DNA of 60,000 nt from Laetmonice hystrix (lineage: Eukaryota). The notes under the pieces are model-generated. The model ran no database searches. It had not been told where the DNA came from and saw only the letters and a program-made list of their open reading frames with translations. This document shows, one piece after another, positions 38,001 to 53,300 of this stretch (positions are counted from its first letter, which is position 1; the number at the start of each line of letters is the position of its first letter). Made by a program: the position numbers and the translations under genes. The DNA is taken from contig OZ249436.1 in the NCBI GenBank assembly GCA_965235115.1, forward strand, positions 11,348,001-11,408,000. The letters are read 5' to 3'.

Positions 38001-41000
38001 ATCACACATTTATCACAGCAATTACTTGCAATTAATTAAATCACCACTTAATGGCCAATTGGTATTTTTTTTAATGCTGTTGTCGGTATTTTTTCTCGTA
38101 AGTATATTTAGAAAGTGTTCCTGTATTGAGGTTAATGATAGTGTTACCTACCACGGTACACGGACAGTACTTCCCTGATTCTATCTAACATTCCTGTGTT
38201 ATCTAATTACCATGGCTCCAGCCAGTACGTGTGTCTACAATGTAAATCACCTGCAGGCGAGTTTTACGGAATTATTGCCACCCGTTTGTAATTGCCGTCA
38301 AATATGCCTGTCTTTCTTTTTCCGTTGTACCATTTTCAACTGTGTCGTTTGGTTTCAAGAAAGATGGGGGTCTTTATTACTGTGAAAGAAGTAAGTAAAG
38401 GTAAGAGATTGAAAGGTAAATACTGGGCAGCCGATCATTGAAATAAAATGACTAGATGTGGGTTTACTCACGTTTTCACCTCTTCCCGTTTGGCCAGTTC
38501 CATGGTGGTAGAGTTCACTGCTACAAACCATACATTCGCCCTGAAACCGCATTCTCATATTAACAACTCCATACAAAGTTCAACAAGAATTATACTTTCT
38601 TCTGCCTTCGACTTTTCTTTTAAATACGATTAAGTCAAAGAGGAGTCTCATTAAATAAGGATATGTGTGTGACGTATAATTTCTTGTCTCATACATTGTG
38701 TACAGATAGACCGTAATATGGACCACTCGCAGAGAAAGACCCTGAACTGATTCTCTCAGATCTCTCGTAGAACACTCACCCCGACTGTGCTACCTTGATG
38801 TCTTCTTCACTAAAGAACTCCCTTGGTTCGATTTTCTCAATAATAATGATCTCTCCTGTTAGACCTTGTAACAACCTGGAAATATCAGCATATAAAATTG
38901 AGTTCCCAAACACTTTTACAAAAATGTCCCTCGGGTTGACAGCAAGTAGACTTTTTCCTTGCCAAATTGTGCATGGATTCTCTCATGAGGTGACATACTG
39001 GAAACGCCATTTACAAAGTGATTGAGTACTCATGGAACCCAGGCTCCAAGCCACCCACATGCTCAGATATTTATATTTTTCATTTTATATACAGTTATAA
39101 TTTTTTTTCAAGTAATCAAGCTAGTCATTTTGATTCCCACTTTGGATATTTTCGTTAAGTGTCTGACGTAAATGCGTCGCCCTGCGGGACTGTTCGTTTC
39201 GTCGTAAGTCGTAACGTTATTTATGTCAATAACCAATGAAACGTCATTATGAGTAACATCAATTTGGTTACAGCCTTTATTTACTGGCCAACCACACACA
39301 TGTATTTTCAGACACAATTTTGGCATTGTCATGGAGAGGTTGAGGTACTCTGCCTGCACTGGGAATCACTCAGAGATGACTTTGTGAGATCTCACCTGAC
39401 AATCTCAGCCTTTTTGTCTCTGAGAGCCTCTGACGTCTCCTCCGTGAATTCCATCACCATTCGGTGTTCATCCTTGATAAAGTTTACCTGTTGATATAAT
39501 AAAGCAGCAGCCTGTCAGTCTCTCGGAAAATACACCTGTCCTCTTCAAAACACCAGTTCAAAAGGTTAACAGCAATTACGCTTCTATATAACGCACTATT
39601 TTCCATTTATCATAGTTTTTATTAGCTTTCGATTACCAATGATACTTACAACAACTTTGCTTCTGGTCGACTGCCTGACAGCGGCGTTGCTGTTTTCAGC
39701 TATGACCTGGAACTCAAACTTGGACGACTTGAGGGAGGTGTTGAACCGTTTAGTTGTGAAGATCGAACCGTCAGTACGACTGATGACGAAGGGCGGGTTT
39801 CGAGGTTCGGCTGTACTCGGTTCAGCCATCATGTATGTTACAACGGCGTTGTCCCCAGCATCGGGATCCGTGGCCTACAAACACACACCAATCTTGTCTT
39901 TGAAATATCAATATTGTTTAAAATCCATAATCAAACCATGGCATCACAGAAATCACTTTTGCTCTGCCTTGAAGTCGTATTGCTTAAATCCGGGGAGCAT
40001 CAGCAACACTTACCAGAACTTGGATGACAGGAGAAAATGGCTTGGCATCCGCTGAGATGGCCCCAAAGTAAGTCTGGGCACGTCGCCTTGCAGTCTCTGG
40101 GACTGGCGGGTAGACAAACTTGGGAGCATTGTCATTGACGTCAAGGAGCAGCACAACCACCGACACCGTACTGAAACCATTGCTCACTGCAAATGGAAAC
40201 TCTCATTACTCGACCAATTCAAACTCGACATGTTACAATTCTAGCAATATGACGGTTGTTTAAATACATGTAATAGTGCCAGTAAATGAGACTTACGCTG
40301 GCGCTTACTGCGTCCAGTGCGGACCTTGACGCCTATCGTGAGATTGTAGCGTCGGGTAGTCTCACGGTCGAGGATCGCGGAGGTGACCAGAACACAGTCC
40401 TTGCCATTGTTTGCACGGATAGCCTCAAACTTATCTACAATAGGTACACCATAGAAAGATTACGTCAGACTTATCTACAATAGGTACACCACAGAAGGGT
40501 CACCTCAAACTTATCTACAATAGGTACACCATAGAAAGGTCACCTCAAACTTATCTACAATAGGTACACCATAGAAGGGTCACCTCAAACTTATCTACAA
40601 TAGGTACACCATAGAAAGGTCACCTCAAACTTATCTACAATAGGTACAGCATAGAAAGGTTACGTCAGACTTATCTACAATAGGTACACCATAGAAAGGT
40701 CACCTCAAACTTATCTACAATAGGTACACCATGGAAAGGTCACCTCAAACTTATCTACAATAGGTACACCATAGAAAGGTTACCTCAAACTTATCTACAA
40801 TAGGTACACCATAGAAAGATTACGTCAGACTTATCTACAATAGGTACACCACAGAAGGGTCACCTCAAACTTATCTACAATAGGTACACCATAGAAAGGT
40901 CACCTCAAACTTATCTACAATAGGTACAGCATAGAAAGGTTACGTCAGACTTATCTACAATAGGTACACCATAGAAAGGTCACTTCAAACTTATCTACAA

Positions 41001-44000
41001 TAGGTACACCATAGAAAGGTTACGTCAGACTTATCTACAATAGGTACACCATAGAAAGGTCACCTCAAACTTATCTACAATAGGTACACCATAGAAGGGT
41101 CACTTCAAATTCCCACAATTTTGAACATTCTGGGTTTTTTTCAGATAATTTTTTTTTATTAAGATTCCATTGCCTTACATTGAAAAAGATCGTTATTTGA
41201 GTAGCCCATTAAGTGAAGATGAATCAGTAAACGGTTCTGCTATACGTACATCCTGGGTTAGTGCCGTTAACTATAAAACACTCGACGGTCTTCGAGATAG
41301 GTTGGTTGACAACATCTAATTCCTGAACGGTCGTGGCAACTCCAACATTCTCTGGGATCTCAACACTGCAGCACAAACAATGACAACTGGTTAACACAGG
41401 CGCCGTCCTAAGAACCGACAATTTGTGTCTACCTATAAATAAACACAGAGAAATGGTACTCTCGTAGATCGTATACTCACAGGTAGAGCGGACGTTTAAA
41501 ACCAAGCATGCCGGGACCACTCGACAGACGCCGGGAGACGTTCACGATGACGGTCATTTCGGCCACTCCCGCCGGCACTCCTTGGTCTATGGCCCGTACT
41601 TGGAACTGAAAGGGAAAGTAATTCTATCTGCAGGTCATGGAAAACATTCGCTGATATATTAAGAGTTGTATCTATTGTGGCATGCCGTTTTGGCATTCAT
41701 TAAATCAGTCATTGCTGGGATGTGGGCAAGGCAGGTGGTTTTATACATACCCGATAGGAAGGTGCCTTGGAGAAGTCGCTGGTTAGAGGCTTGCTGATGG
41801 AAAGATTTCCTAATGTCGGGTGGATGTGGAAGTACTTCCTGGCCTCTTCGTATTGGGAACCAATCTCATAGGTGATTTCAGCATTAGGAGACTGCAACAT
41901 CAAATTCCTCTGGTTAGTGCAACAAAAGGCAAAGGAATAGGTAAAGACACATGATGAAAACAAACCGGGATTATTTTTAATAAAATATCGAAATTGAACT
42001 AGTCCAAAACTAATAGCTTTATGAAAAGTTTAATTTAAATTTCGTCTTCCTACTAGAAGAAGTAAGTAGAAGTGGTTCTTAAGTTACAATATTACCAATG
42101 CCAAAGTTAATCTAGATAATCAGACAGAAGGATTCGTTTCAAACATACGGGAGTGACCCTCCCCCCCCCCCCCGGTGATAAGTTACAATATTGCCAATGC
42201 CAAAGTTAATCTAGATAATCAGACAGAAGGATTCGTTTCAAACATGTACGCTAGTGAACCTTCCCTTGGTGTTTACCCCTAGTGTGACCCACCAGTGTGA
42301 CCCGTGTTTACCCCTAGTGTAACCCACCAGTGTGTCCCGTGTTTACTCCTAGTGTGACCCACCAGTGTGACCCGTGTTAACCCCTAGTGTGACCCACCAG
42401 TGTGTCCCGTGTGTACCCACGTGTGAGCCCTGCGTACCCCCCTGTGACCCGTGTACACCCCCCGTGCGAGCCCTTACCCCGGGTTGATTCCTAGAGTCAG
42501 GGTCAGTAGCCGTTACGTTGAGGATGACGGTGCCGGCTGGCAGGTTCTCCTCCACCTCGATGGTAGAGATTGTTCGCGGGAAGACGGGTTTATTAATGTT
42601 CCTCAGTACGTTCACCTGGACCCGGGCCGTCGACCATCTCTTCGGAATACCCTGATCAGTAGCGTTAACCAGGAGGTAGTAGACTGGTCGTTTTCCCAGG
42701 TTATCGAAGCCAGCTGTCCGGGTGTCGGTGGACAATAGCTTGGCCACCGAGATGATGCCGTCAGTGGGACCGATCACGAAGAAGTTGGCGGCGTCAGGAG
42801 TCGGATCGCTGCCGCGGATACTGTACCGAAGCTGGCCACTGTTACTCTACAAACGGTTACAAGTTACAGTTTAATTAAGAGAAAGTTAATATGACACGAC
42901 GCGGTAAAACGTCACATTAAGATATAATCATTTGTATTCTAATTCTACAATTTTTGTCGATCACCCAAGACACTGCCGGCAATATTACCTATCGATATGA
43001 AGTAATATTTCTGATGCTCTAAACACAATATTAAAGTTTCAACAAAAGAAGAAAGAAAACTTTAAGTTTATATTAATATTGCGAGTTAATAAAACACGGG
43101 TGTGCTCACATTACTCGGGTCAGCGTCGGTGGCTATCACTTGGATAACTGACATCTGAACAGGCTTGTGTTCAGGGATGGTAACGTTGTATAAGTTCTGG
43201 GTGAACACCGGACCATACGCGTTACGAACTACATTGATAAGGATGACAGTTCGGTCCGTCTTCTTGGGTTTCGCTATATCCTCCGCCTCAACCTCGAGCT
43301 AGACAAGAGAAATTATGGAAACTCGTTAAAGCTTTCACTTTAGTAGGAGATAAAGATTTGAATATACGTGTACTTCAAAATACAACAATGTATACATATT
43401 ATATCAATTTATATAACTATGGAAACCGAACACTTCAATTTATATGTTATTGATACGATCATAAAAAAAGGGACACAAGTATTGATATCTCACATTCTAC
43501 ATTACTATATATTTCTACGTGCCAAGAAAGGAAATCAAAAGAACGCTATAGAACAAACTGTAAAATGGTGATTTGATACCTGGAATGAAGTTTCTGCGCC
43601 TTTAGTCAAGGTATTCTTGATGGTGATAATGCCACTGTTCTCTCCAATATTGAAATAGAAGGGTGCGGGAACTCTGCCAAGGATTCGGTAAACCACACCA
43701 TCCTGTTGATACAAAATACATGCATCCAATCACACATCGAGTTATGACCTCAGATTCTAGCACGACTTATGATGAAATATTTCTTCACAGAGTAACATAA
43801 ACAGACAAAGGTTGTGAATACGACAATGGCTATGGTAATGGCTGTCGGTTTTTTGTATGGAGAAGACATCACCGTTAGTGACCCAAACTTACATTGTCAG
43901 CGTCCGTGGCCCGTACTGCGAGGACAGACGACCCGACAATGGCAGCCTCTGGGATGGTGATGTTGTAGATGGCCTTCTCGAACGCCGGTGGGTTCAGGTT

Positions 44001-47000
44001 ACGGGCAACGTTCACGTTCACCACGGCCTGATCAGTCATCGGCGGGTAACCTCTATCTGTGGCCACCACAGCAATCTGTAACACACAAGTGTGGCTTCAA
44101 TACTACCATCTCCAACCAATCTGTAACACACACAGTGTGGCTTCCATACTACCATCCCCAGCCAATCTGTAACACCCACAGTGTGGCTTCAATACTACCA
44201 CCCCCAGCCAATCTGTAACACACAACTGTAGCTTCAATACTACCATCCCCAGCCAATCTGTAACACACACGTGTGGCTTCAATACTACCATCCCCAGCCA
44301 ATCTGTAACACACAACTGTAGCTTCAACACTACCACCCCCAGCCAATCTGTAACACACAACTGTAGCTTCAATACTACCACCCCCAGCCAATCTGTAACA
44401 CACACGTGTGGCTTCAATACTACCATCCCCAGCCAATGTGTAACACACACGTGTGGCTTCAATACTACCATCCCCAGCCAATCTGTAACACACACGTGTG
44501 GCTTCAATACCAGCATCCCCAGCCAATCTGTAACACACACGTGTGGCTTCAATACTACCATCCCCAGCCAATCTGTAACACACAACTGTAGCTTCAATAC
44601 TACCACCCCCAGCCAATCTGTAACACACAACTGTAGCTTCAATACTACCACCCCCAGCCAATCTGTAACACACACGTGTGGCTTCAATACTACCATCCCC
44701 AGCCAATCTGTAACACACACGTGTGGCTTCAATACTACCATCCCCAGCCAATCTGTAACACACACGTGTGGCTTCAATACCAGCATCCCCAGCCAATCTG
44801 TAACACACACAGTGTGGCTTCAATACTACCATCCCCAGCCAATCTGTAACACCCACAGTGTGGCTTCAATACTACCACCCCCAGCCAATCTGTAACACAC
44901 ACAGTGTGGCTTCAATACTACCATCCCCAGCCAATCTGTAACACACACAGTGTGGCTTCAATACTACCACCCCCAGCCAATCTGTAACACACAACTGTAG
45001 CTTCAATACTACCATCCCCAGCCAATCTGTAACACACACAGTGTGGCTTCAATACTACCATCCCCAGCCAATCTGTAACACCCACAGTGTGGCTTCAATA
45101 CTACCACCCCCAGCCAATCTGTAACACACACAGTGTGGCTTCAATACTACCATCCCCAGCCAATCTGTAACACACACAGTGTGGCTTCAATACTACCACC
45201 CCCAGCCAATCTGTAACACACAACTGTAGCTTCAATACTACCACCCCCAGCCAATCTGTAACACACAACTGTAGCTTCAATACTACCATCCCCAGCCAAT
45301 CTGTAACACACACGTGTGGCTTCAATTCTACCACCCCCAGCCAATCTGTAACACACAACTGTAGCTTCAATACTACCATCCCCAGCCAATCTGTAACACA
45401 CAAGTGTGGCTTCAATACTATCATCCCCAGCCAATCTGTAACACACAAGTGTGGCTTCAATACTATCATCCCCAGCCAATCTGTAACACACAAGATTTCT
45501 TCAATGACCCCCATGCAATCTGTAAAACACAACACTGGCTTCATTATTACATCCTACATCGGTGCTATGTATAGGCACCATTATCGATAATATTTTCATA
45601 ATTATTATTGATGAATGGCCCATTGTTGCTCACCTTGTAATTGGTCCTCTTCAGCTGATCGTTGCGAAGGTTTGTAATGACCGATAGGACTCCACTGCTG
45701 GGGTTGATGAAGAACCAGTTGTCCACACCATCCGGTTCCGAGGCGAGTGGATTGATGGAGTAAGTGATTTGACCACTAAGTCCCTGTAACCACCAACATA
45801 AGACCGCCCATATATACCGACTGTAAACTGTCACAAAACATGGCGCAGATACTAGCAATAAACAACGCACAACGTGAAATGTCTCAATTCACACACCCCA
45901 CCCATATATACCCACTGTAAACTGTCACAAAACATGGCGCAGATACTAGCAATAAACAACGCACAACGTCAAATGTCTCAATTCACATACACCGCCCATA
46001 TATACCCACTGTAAACTGTCACAAAACATGGCGCAGATACTAGCAATAAACAACGCACAACGTGAAATGTCTCAATTCACATACACCGCCCATATATACC
46101 CACTGTAAACTGTCACAAAACATGGCGCAGATACTAGCAATAAACAACGCACAACGTGAAATGTCTCAATTCACATACACCGCCCATATATACCCACTGT
46201 AAACTGTCACAAAACATGGCGCAGATACTAGCAATAAACAACGCACAACGTGAACTGTCTCAATTCACATACACCGCCCATATATACCCACTGTAAACTG
46301 TCACAAAACATGGCGCAGATACTAGCAATAAACAACACACAAAGTGAAAGGTCTCAATTCACATACACCGCCCATATATACCCACTGTAAACTGTCACAA
46401 AACATGGCGCAGATACTAGCAATAAACAACACACAACGTGAAAGGTCTCAATTCACTATATATATTCGTATAAAGAATCTATAGACTCTCTATTTATCAA
46501 GATTCCAATCGCCTCCAAACCCGCCGATGATTTCATTCAGAGACATGACTGTCATTCATACCCCATTCCCATACACCCACGATGACATGACTTTAGCCCC
46601 TGGTAAAGCTGACCTTATCATCATCCTTGGCCTCCAGTCGTAACACCTCGGCCCCCAGTGGCTGAGTCTCCTCGATATTGATGCTGTACTGACTTCGGGA
46701 GAATCGTGGAGTGTTCTCGTTCCTTACCACTGTCACTCGTACAAAGGCCACAGCTTTCTGAGCCGGGTTACACGAGTCGTAGGCTACGATACGAATCTAG
46801 GGAATACCACCACACAGGCAACAATCAGCGATCAATGGGGCAACGTGACAATGAAAATATATCAACGCCGTCTAGGTGACTTAATCATACATAAGAAAAC
46901 GAAATACATTTCCATTTACTGTGACTTGGGACCCTGACTAACGGCGACCCATCCATTCTTGTTCTGATAAAATATGTGTTAATCCACCTATAAAATTTGA

Positions 47001-47354
47001 ATGGAATTCCCTATTCGCGCATCAACCACCAACCTGATATATGTGACATACGTACGAGAAAACCACCATTAAATATTAATACTCACCACATATTTGGTAC
47101 CCGTGTCTGTGGCAAAGGATTCCTTGAGTGTGATCACGCCTGTGTTACTGTCGATCACAAAGAGACTGGAGGACAGGCCATCGCCAGTCAATTCATACTT
47201 CACAGGGCACTACAGAAACATACAGAAACAAAATATAGAAATTCTCTACATCATTTTACCTTGTACTACCCATAGTTTGCCCCTAATTCCTTCCTGATCC
47301 AAACTATCATCACGTCTCTGAAATACGTTTGGAAGCCTGATCATTCCGCCCGCC

Positions 47355-47385
<31 letters not shown>

Positions 47386-50300
47386 GAACCATGAATATGG
47401 AAAGGGCGCAGGTAAACACACATTCATGTTATCTCCAAACAGAAATCCATTACACGGACAGTGATAATTGTTGGTTTCTTCATGTTTGCCCTACACCTAC
47501 TGCATTATTAACTAGTCAAGCGCCACGTTACATTCAAATCCACACGTATTATTTCTGGGTCTGTAATAATGTGAGGAACAAGGCAGCCATGTTACTGACT
47601 CCATTAATCATTCTTTCTCTCTCTCTCCGTGAGAACCTACGTCTTTGTCTGTCGCTCGGACCGTGGTCACTGTGCGTCCAATCTCCGAGTTCTCTGCCAT
47701 GCTGACTTCGTACTCTGTCCTGTCGAACACGGTAAGGTTCTGGTTCCGTCGGATTGACACCTGGGCCTGTACATCGGCGGTACGGGGTGGTACTCCGCGG
47801 TCAGCTGCCCGCACTGTGATCTGTACGGACCAACCAACATCATGACGTCATCTTAACTTACAATCACAGCATTGAAACCCGCTACCGTAATCTGTACGGA
47901 CTAACCAACATCATGACGTCATCTTAACTTACAATCACAGCATTAAAACCCGCTACCATAATCTGTACAAACCATCGTCGTGACGTCATCTTACCACTTA
48001 CAATCACAGCATTAAAACCCGCTACCATAATCTGTACAAACCATCGTCGTGACGTCATCTTACCACTTACAATCACAGCATTAAAACCCGCTACCGTAGT
48101 CTGTACCAACCATCATCGTGACGTCATCTTACCACTTACAATCACAGCATTAAAACCCGCTACCGTAATCTGTACAAACCATCGTCGTGACGTCATCTTA
48201 CCGCTTACAATCACAGCATTAAAACTCGCTACCGTAATCTCTACCGACCAACCATCTTAGTGACCGTTTACTATCACAGCTTTTAAAAAACCCCTATCGA
48301 GATCTACCAACTACCTTCATGAAGTCATCTTACCGCTTACAATCACAGATTTAAAAAGCTTGCACAGATGATTCATTATCACCAGAAATATGATTATAAA
48401 AAACGAAATTAAACCATTTCATTCGGGAGGAACGCATTTCAAAGACAAGGATCTCTGAGGATGAATGTTCCATCTTTTTCTCTTATTTCTTTTTCTACTT
48501 CATGAATTCTTATATCTCATCCTTTTGTTACTATAGAATTTGATGTATGGGTGAAAACGCACCACGTAGCGTGGGTTGGTTTCTCCCACGAGTGATTTCC
48601 TCAGTGAGATGATGCCTGTGTTTTGGTCGATATTGAAGAACTCCTTTGCCTTGTCGTCACCGACAATAGAATAGCTGACATTGCTGTTTGGCCCCTGTAA
48701 ACAAACGTAAAAGAGAGATTTGACTTGTTGAGAAGTATGAGCACATATATGTATCAGTTAGAGGGGATTGTTTATTCATCATTATCAACACGTATTTGAA
48801 TTCCACATTAAATTCAAACTACTTTTTGTAGTGTGACCATGAGCGTTCCTCTCAGGATCACCACCACTGCTTATAGAGACTGATAGTGTGGCCATGAGCG
48901 TTCCTCTCAGGATCACCACCACTGCTTAGAGAGACTGATAAAACAACACTCACTGCTTCGTCAGCATCAGTAGCCGACACACTAAAGATAGGCAGGCTAG
49001 GTGTGAACTGTTCCGAGATTGTAGCAAGGTAAGTTTGTGGATCCTGGAACACTGGAGCGTAACGGTTCCGCTCGACGAATACCATGACAGTGGCTGTACC
49101 TGTCTGTTGTGGAGAACCCTGGTCACGGGCTAGCACTCGCAACTACAAACCAAAACCAGAGTTATTCAATTGTCCGAATAATGAATATATTTGGATTCTA
49201 TGATTAGGATTCCTCAGAGTATCCTACTATTTGTACCTGGTTATATTAAGTGAGAAACATGAGCTGATATCGAACAAAATGATATAATACTGCTATTTAA
49301 TATTAACGACTTCATCGTTTGCTGAGCTCCGTGCTCCAGGAATCAATAGCACTCACCCGATACGAGGTGCCTCTCGCGGGGTCGGAGGTGAGAGAGCGAG
49401 CGATAATGATGTCACCCGTGCTCGGGTGCACAAAGAAAAACTCGGGAGCTGAGCCGTCTCCTCCAAGATCGTATGTTATCTGACTCTTGGGACCCTGAAA
49501 CCCACACATAAAACATCCATTAGACTCCGCCACTCAACGAATACGATTCGTTCACTTACTACTGATGAAACCAATCAAATATCACTTCATCTCTCTCAAA
49601 TCAAGGTTGCTGGTGAGATTTTGTGTGTGTAAAGGTGTAAAGGGGAGGGGTGTCGTTGGTGGCTTTCTATTTTTATTTGATGAAAATAATAGACCTTTAT
49701 CTGATGTTGAATAAGAAAGCCTTTAAGGCCTTCAATCTTAAGTCCCTAGTACCCAGAAAAAACGTACATGTGTACGATCAAGTGTTAGAATTGAAGCCCA
49801 AGAATAATGAGAATGGAGTCAGTTGCATTGCCTACCTCGAGGTCATCGTCCGCAGCCTTGACGCTGGTGATGTTCGTTCCCACACTGCTGTGCTCAGACA
49901 CCTCCGTCGTGTATTGCTCTGGGAAGAATCTCGGGGCAAACTCATTGCGGCGGACAGTGATGTTAGCCGTGGTGGCCACTTCAATCTGCGGATTGCCCGA
50001 GTCGTACACGGCAATCAGCAACTGAAACACACACAGACAAAAAAAAACACCGAGTCAATCAAACTGGATGTGTGTTACTGAGACAGACAGATTAGAAAAC
50101 AACAATCGGACATTTCTTATCACAGCCCCGTTTTAACAAGATCTGTGAGGCAGCAATTCAAACGTCTCGTCGTGTGGTCATAAACAAGACAAATAGGTGC
50201 TCCGTATTTGGGCTTTCTTCATCAACACCAATCTTCACCATCATGTCAGAAGTGACCAATATTTCACGGAAATGTCTTCAATATATCTTCTGACTCGGGA

Positions 50301-53300
50301 AACGGTTTCTCTCGGACAGTTTCACCACAGGAGGAATGCCTTGTAAGAGGTTACTAGTATATGAAGCGATAAGAATTTATTTTCAAACATTGAATCAACC
50401 CATTTTTGCGGCCTTTATTACCCACCAAATAGGACGTAGCAGTTTCTATGTTGAGAGGTTTCTTCACGAAGACGGCCCCGGTGCTGGAGTCGATGCCGAA
50501 GTAGTTGGAGCCAGGAGCGACGCCCTGAATCTCGTAGACGAGCGACCCCTGGAGGTCAGGGTCGGAAGCTGAGATCCGTAACGCTGTATCGTTGACGGCC
50601 ATGTTCTCTGACACCGTCACCGAATAGGGGGCGCCACTGAACCGTGGCGGCTGCTGGTCACGCCTGATGATCACGCGAACCGACGCCTCAGTCGTCTTGC
50701 TGTTGTCGGGGCGCTGGTCTGTGGCTTTCACCTTCAACTGTAGACCAAAGACACGTCGGAGGATTATAACAACTCGGGCTACAGTTAGTATACGAGAAAC
50801 GACAGAGAATCCACTAATCATCGGTGCCACATCCACTTAGATTATGAGAAAACAGACAAAGTTTCTTACGTTGAATTCCGACATGGGCGTGCCAACTAGC
50901 GGTCGGCGGAGAATGATAACTCCATCATCAGGGTTTAGGTAGAAGTAACGGAGTTCATCCTCTGTACCATCGAGCGAGTAACGAACCTGGTCCTGTACAG
51001 TAAGAGCAAAAGTGTTCTTCTGAAATATATGGGTTCACTACACGATATCCCTGTAAAATTCCAAACATGTTATATGTTGATTGAACCACACAATACAAGT
51101 CAATGATAGTAAAACTATGACCCCCACCTCGTCAGCGTCGGTAGCAGTATATATTATATGTTATATGTTATATGTTGATTGAACCACACAATACAAGTCA
51201 ATGATAGTAAAACTATGACCCCCACCTCGTCAGCGTCGGTAGCAGTATGTTATATGTTATATGTTGATTGAACCACACAATACAAGTCAATGATAGTAAA
51301 ACTATGACCCCACCTCGTCAGCGTCGGTAGCAGTATATATATGTTATATGTTGATTGAACCACACAATACAAGGCAATGATAGTAACACTATGACCCCCC
51401 ACCTCGTCAGCGTCGGTAGCAGTATGTTATATGTTGATTGAACCACACAATACAAGTCAATGATAGTAAAACTATGACCCCACCTCGTCAGCGTCGGTAG
51501 CCGTATATATATGTTATATGTTATATGTTGATTGAACCACACAATACAAGTCAATGATAGTAAAACTATGACTCCCACCTCGTCAGCGTCGGTAGCAGTA
51601 TATATATATATGTTATATGTTATATGTTGATTGAACCACACAATACAAGTCAATGATAGTAAAACTATGACCCCCCACCTCGTCAGCGTCGGTAGCAGTA
51701 TATATATGTTATATGTTGATTGAACCACACAATACAAGTCAATGATAGTAAAACTATGACTCCCACCTCGTCAGCGTCGGTAGCAGTATATATATGTTAT
51801 ATGTTATATGTTGATTGAACCACACAATACAAGTCAATGATAGTAAAACTATGACCCCCACCTCGTCAGCGTCGGTAGCAGTATGTTATATGTTATATGT
51901 TGATTGAACCACACAATACAAGTCAATGATAGTAGAACTATGACCCCCTCCTCGTCAGCGTCGGTAGCAGTATGTTATATGTTATATGTTGATTGAACCA
52001 CACAATACAAGTCAATGATAGTAAAACTATGACCCCACCTCGTCAGCGTCGGTAGCAGTATATATATGTTATATGTTGATTGAACCACACAATACAAGTC
52101 AATGATAGTAAAACTATGACCCCACCTCGTCAGCGTCGGTAGCAGTAACCTGGAGCACCTGGTCGCCCACCGGGAAGTTCTCCGTGATCCGGGTACTATA
52201 AGAGCTCCTCTGGAAGGCGGGACTGTTGGGGTTCCGTATAACACTCACTAACACGTCCTCAATGGCCGTCATGTCGGGGAAGGCCGAGTCAAAGGCGATC
52301 ACACGAACCTGGACCAAACATCATACAAGTCACTGAGTGACGAACGATACGGTGGAGTCGACCTACTTCATCACTTTAAACGTTAATCTCCACATTATAG
52401 TTCATCATTGTACATACAACTAATGTACTTGTAACTGCTAATAGTGACAATCAAACTAAAAGGGATATCATCATGATGGTCACGATTCAATAAAGTGGTA
52501 CTTGAAATGAGGTCCAATCTAAAGAGTATAAAATCTGGAGCCGATCCTATACGTACAATATAGTCTGTGGATTTAATGCTGTCACCCTTGAGAGTGTTGG
52601 CCACTCTGATGGCTCCGGTACTGTCCACGTTGAAGAAGCTCTGTGCAGGGTACAACCCGATGATCTGGTACACGATGTCACCCTGTACAATACAAGTGAC
52701 ACCAACTGCCTTTAGATCTATTGGTAACTTCAATTTCTTGGAACTGCAGCACATACGACTGTGTATTTTTAGCCCATTTTTAATCTATCTATTTTAATCC
52801 ATCTATTTTTAATGTATGATGAATGCCAGAAGGAACTTTTTCCTAAGGCTAAAATATGCGAGACGGTATTCAAGTCTAAATGGGTATACTGTCAGGGTGC
52901 GTTTCTCATCTGTCGTTATCCTGTCGTGCGTTAAAATCCCCATTGAAAATACATTGGAGTTAACGATACGACAAGCTAACGACATGATGAGAAACGCCCC
53001 CCTAGCTGGATAGGTCTGCGGGAGTGGGGGGGGGGGGGGTCGTGGTTCCAAAAGTTGCAAATCTATCTCAAGTGATGCAAGTATCTGATTGCGGATGAAA
53101 CGTTTATTTTTTGTCAGGGCGGGGGGGGGGGGGGTCTGCGCACCCCCCTAAATACACCACTGGTACTGACCACTCTGTCTCTGTCGGTGGCAGTGACCGT
53201 CAGTATTGTAGTGTTGACGGCAGTGTTCTCCGAGATTCTCCTTGTGTAGGGGCCGTTAAAACGTGGTGGTGTCTGGTCACGTGGTACGTTAACGGTAACC

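Noticed and set aside
44103..45544. Long repetitive ORFs as possible extra cadherin exons
   Set aside because: From the copied acceptors, the cadherin frame stops after IGWGW.
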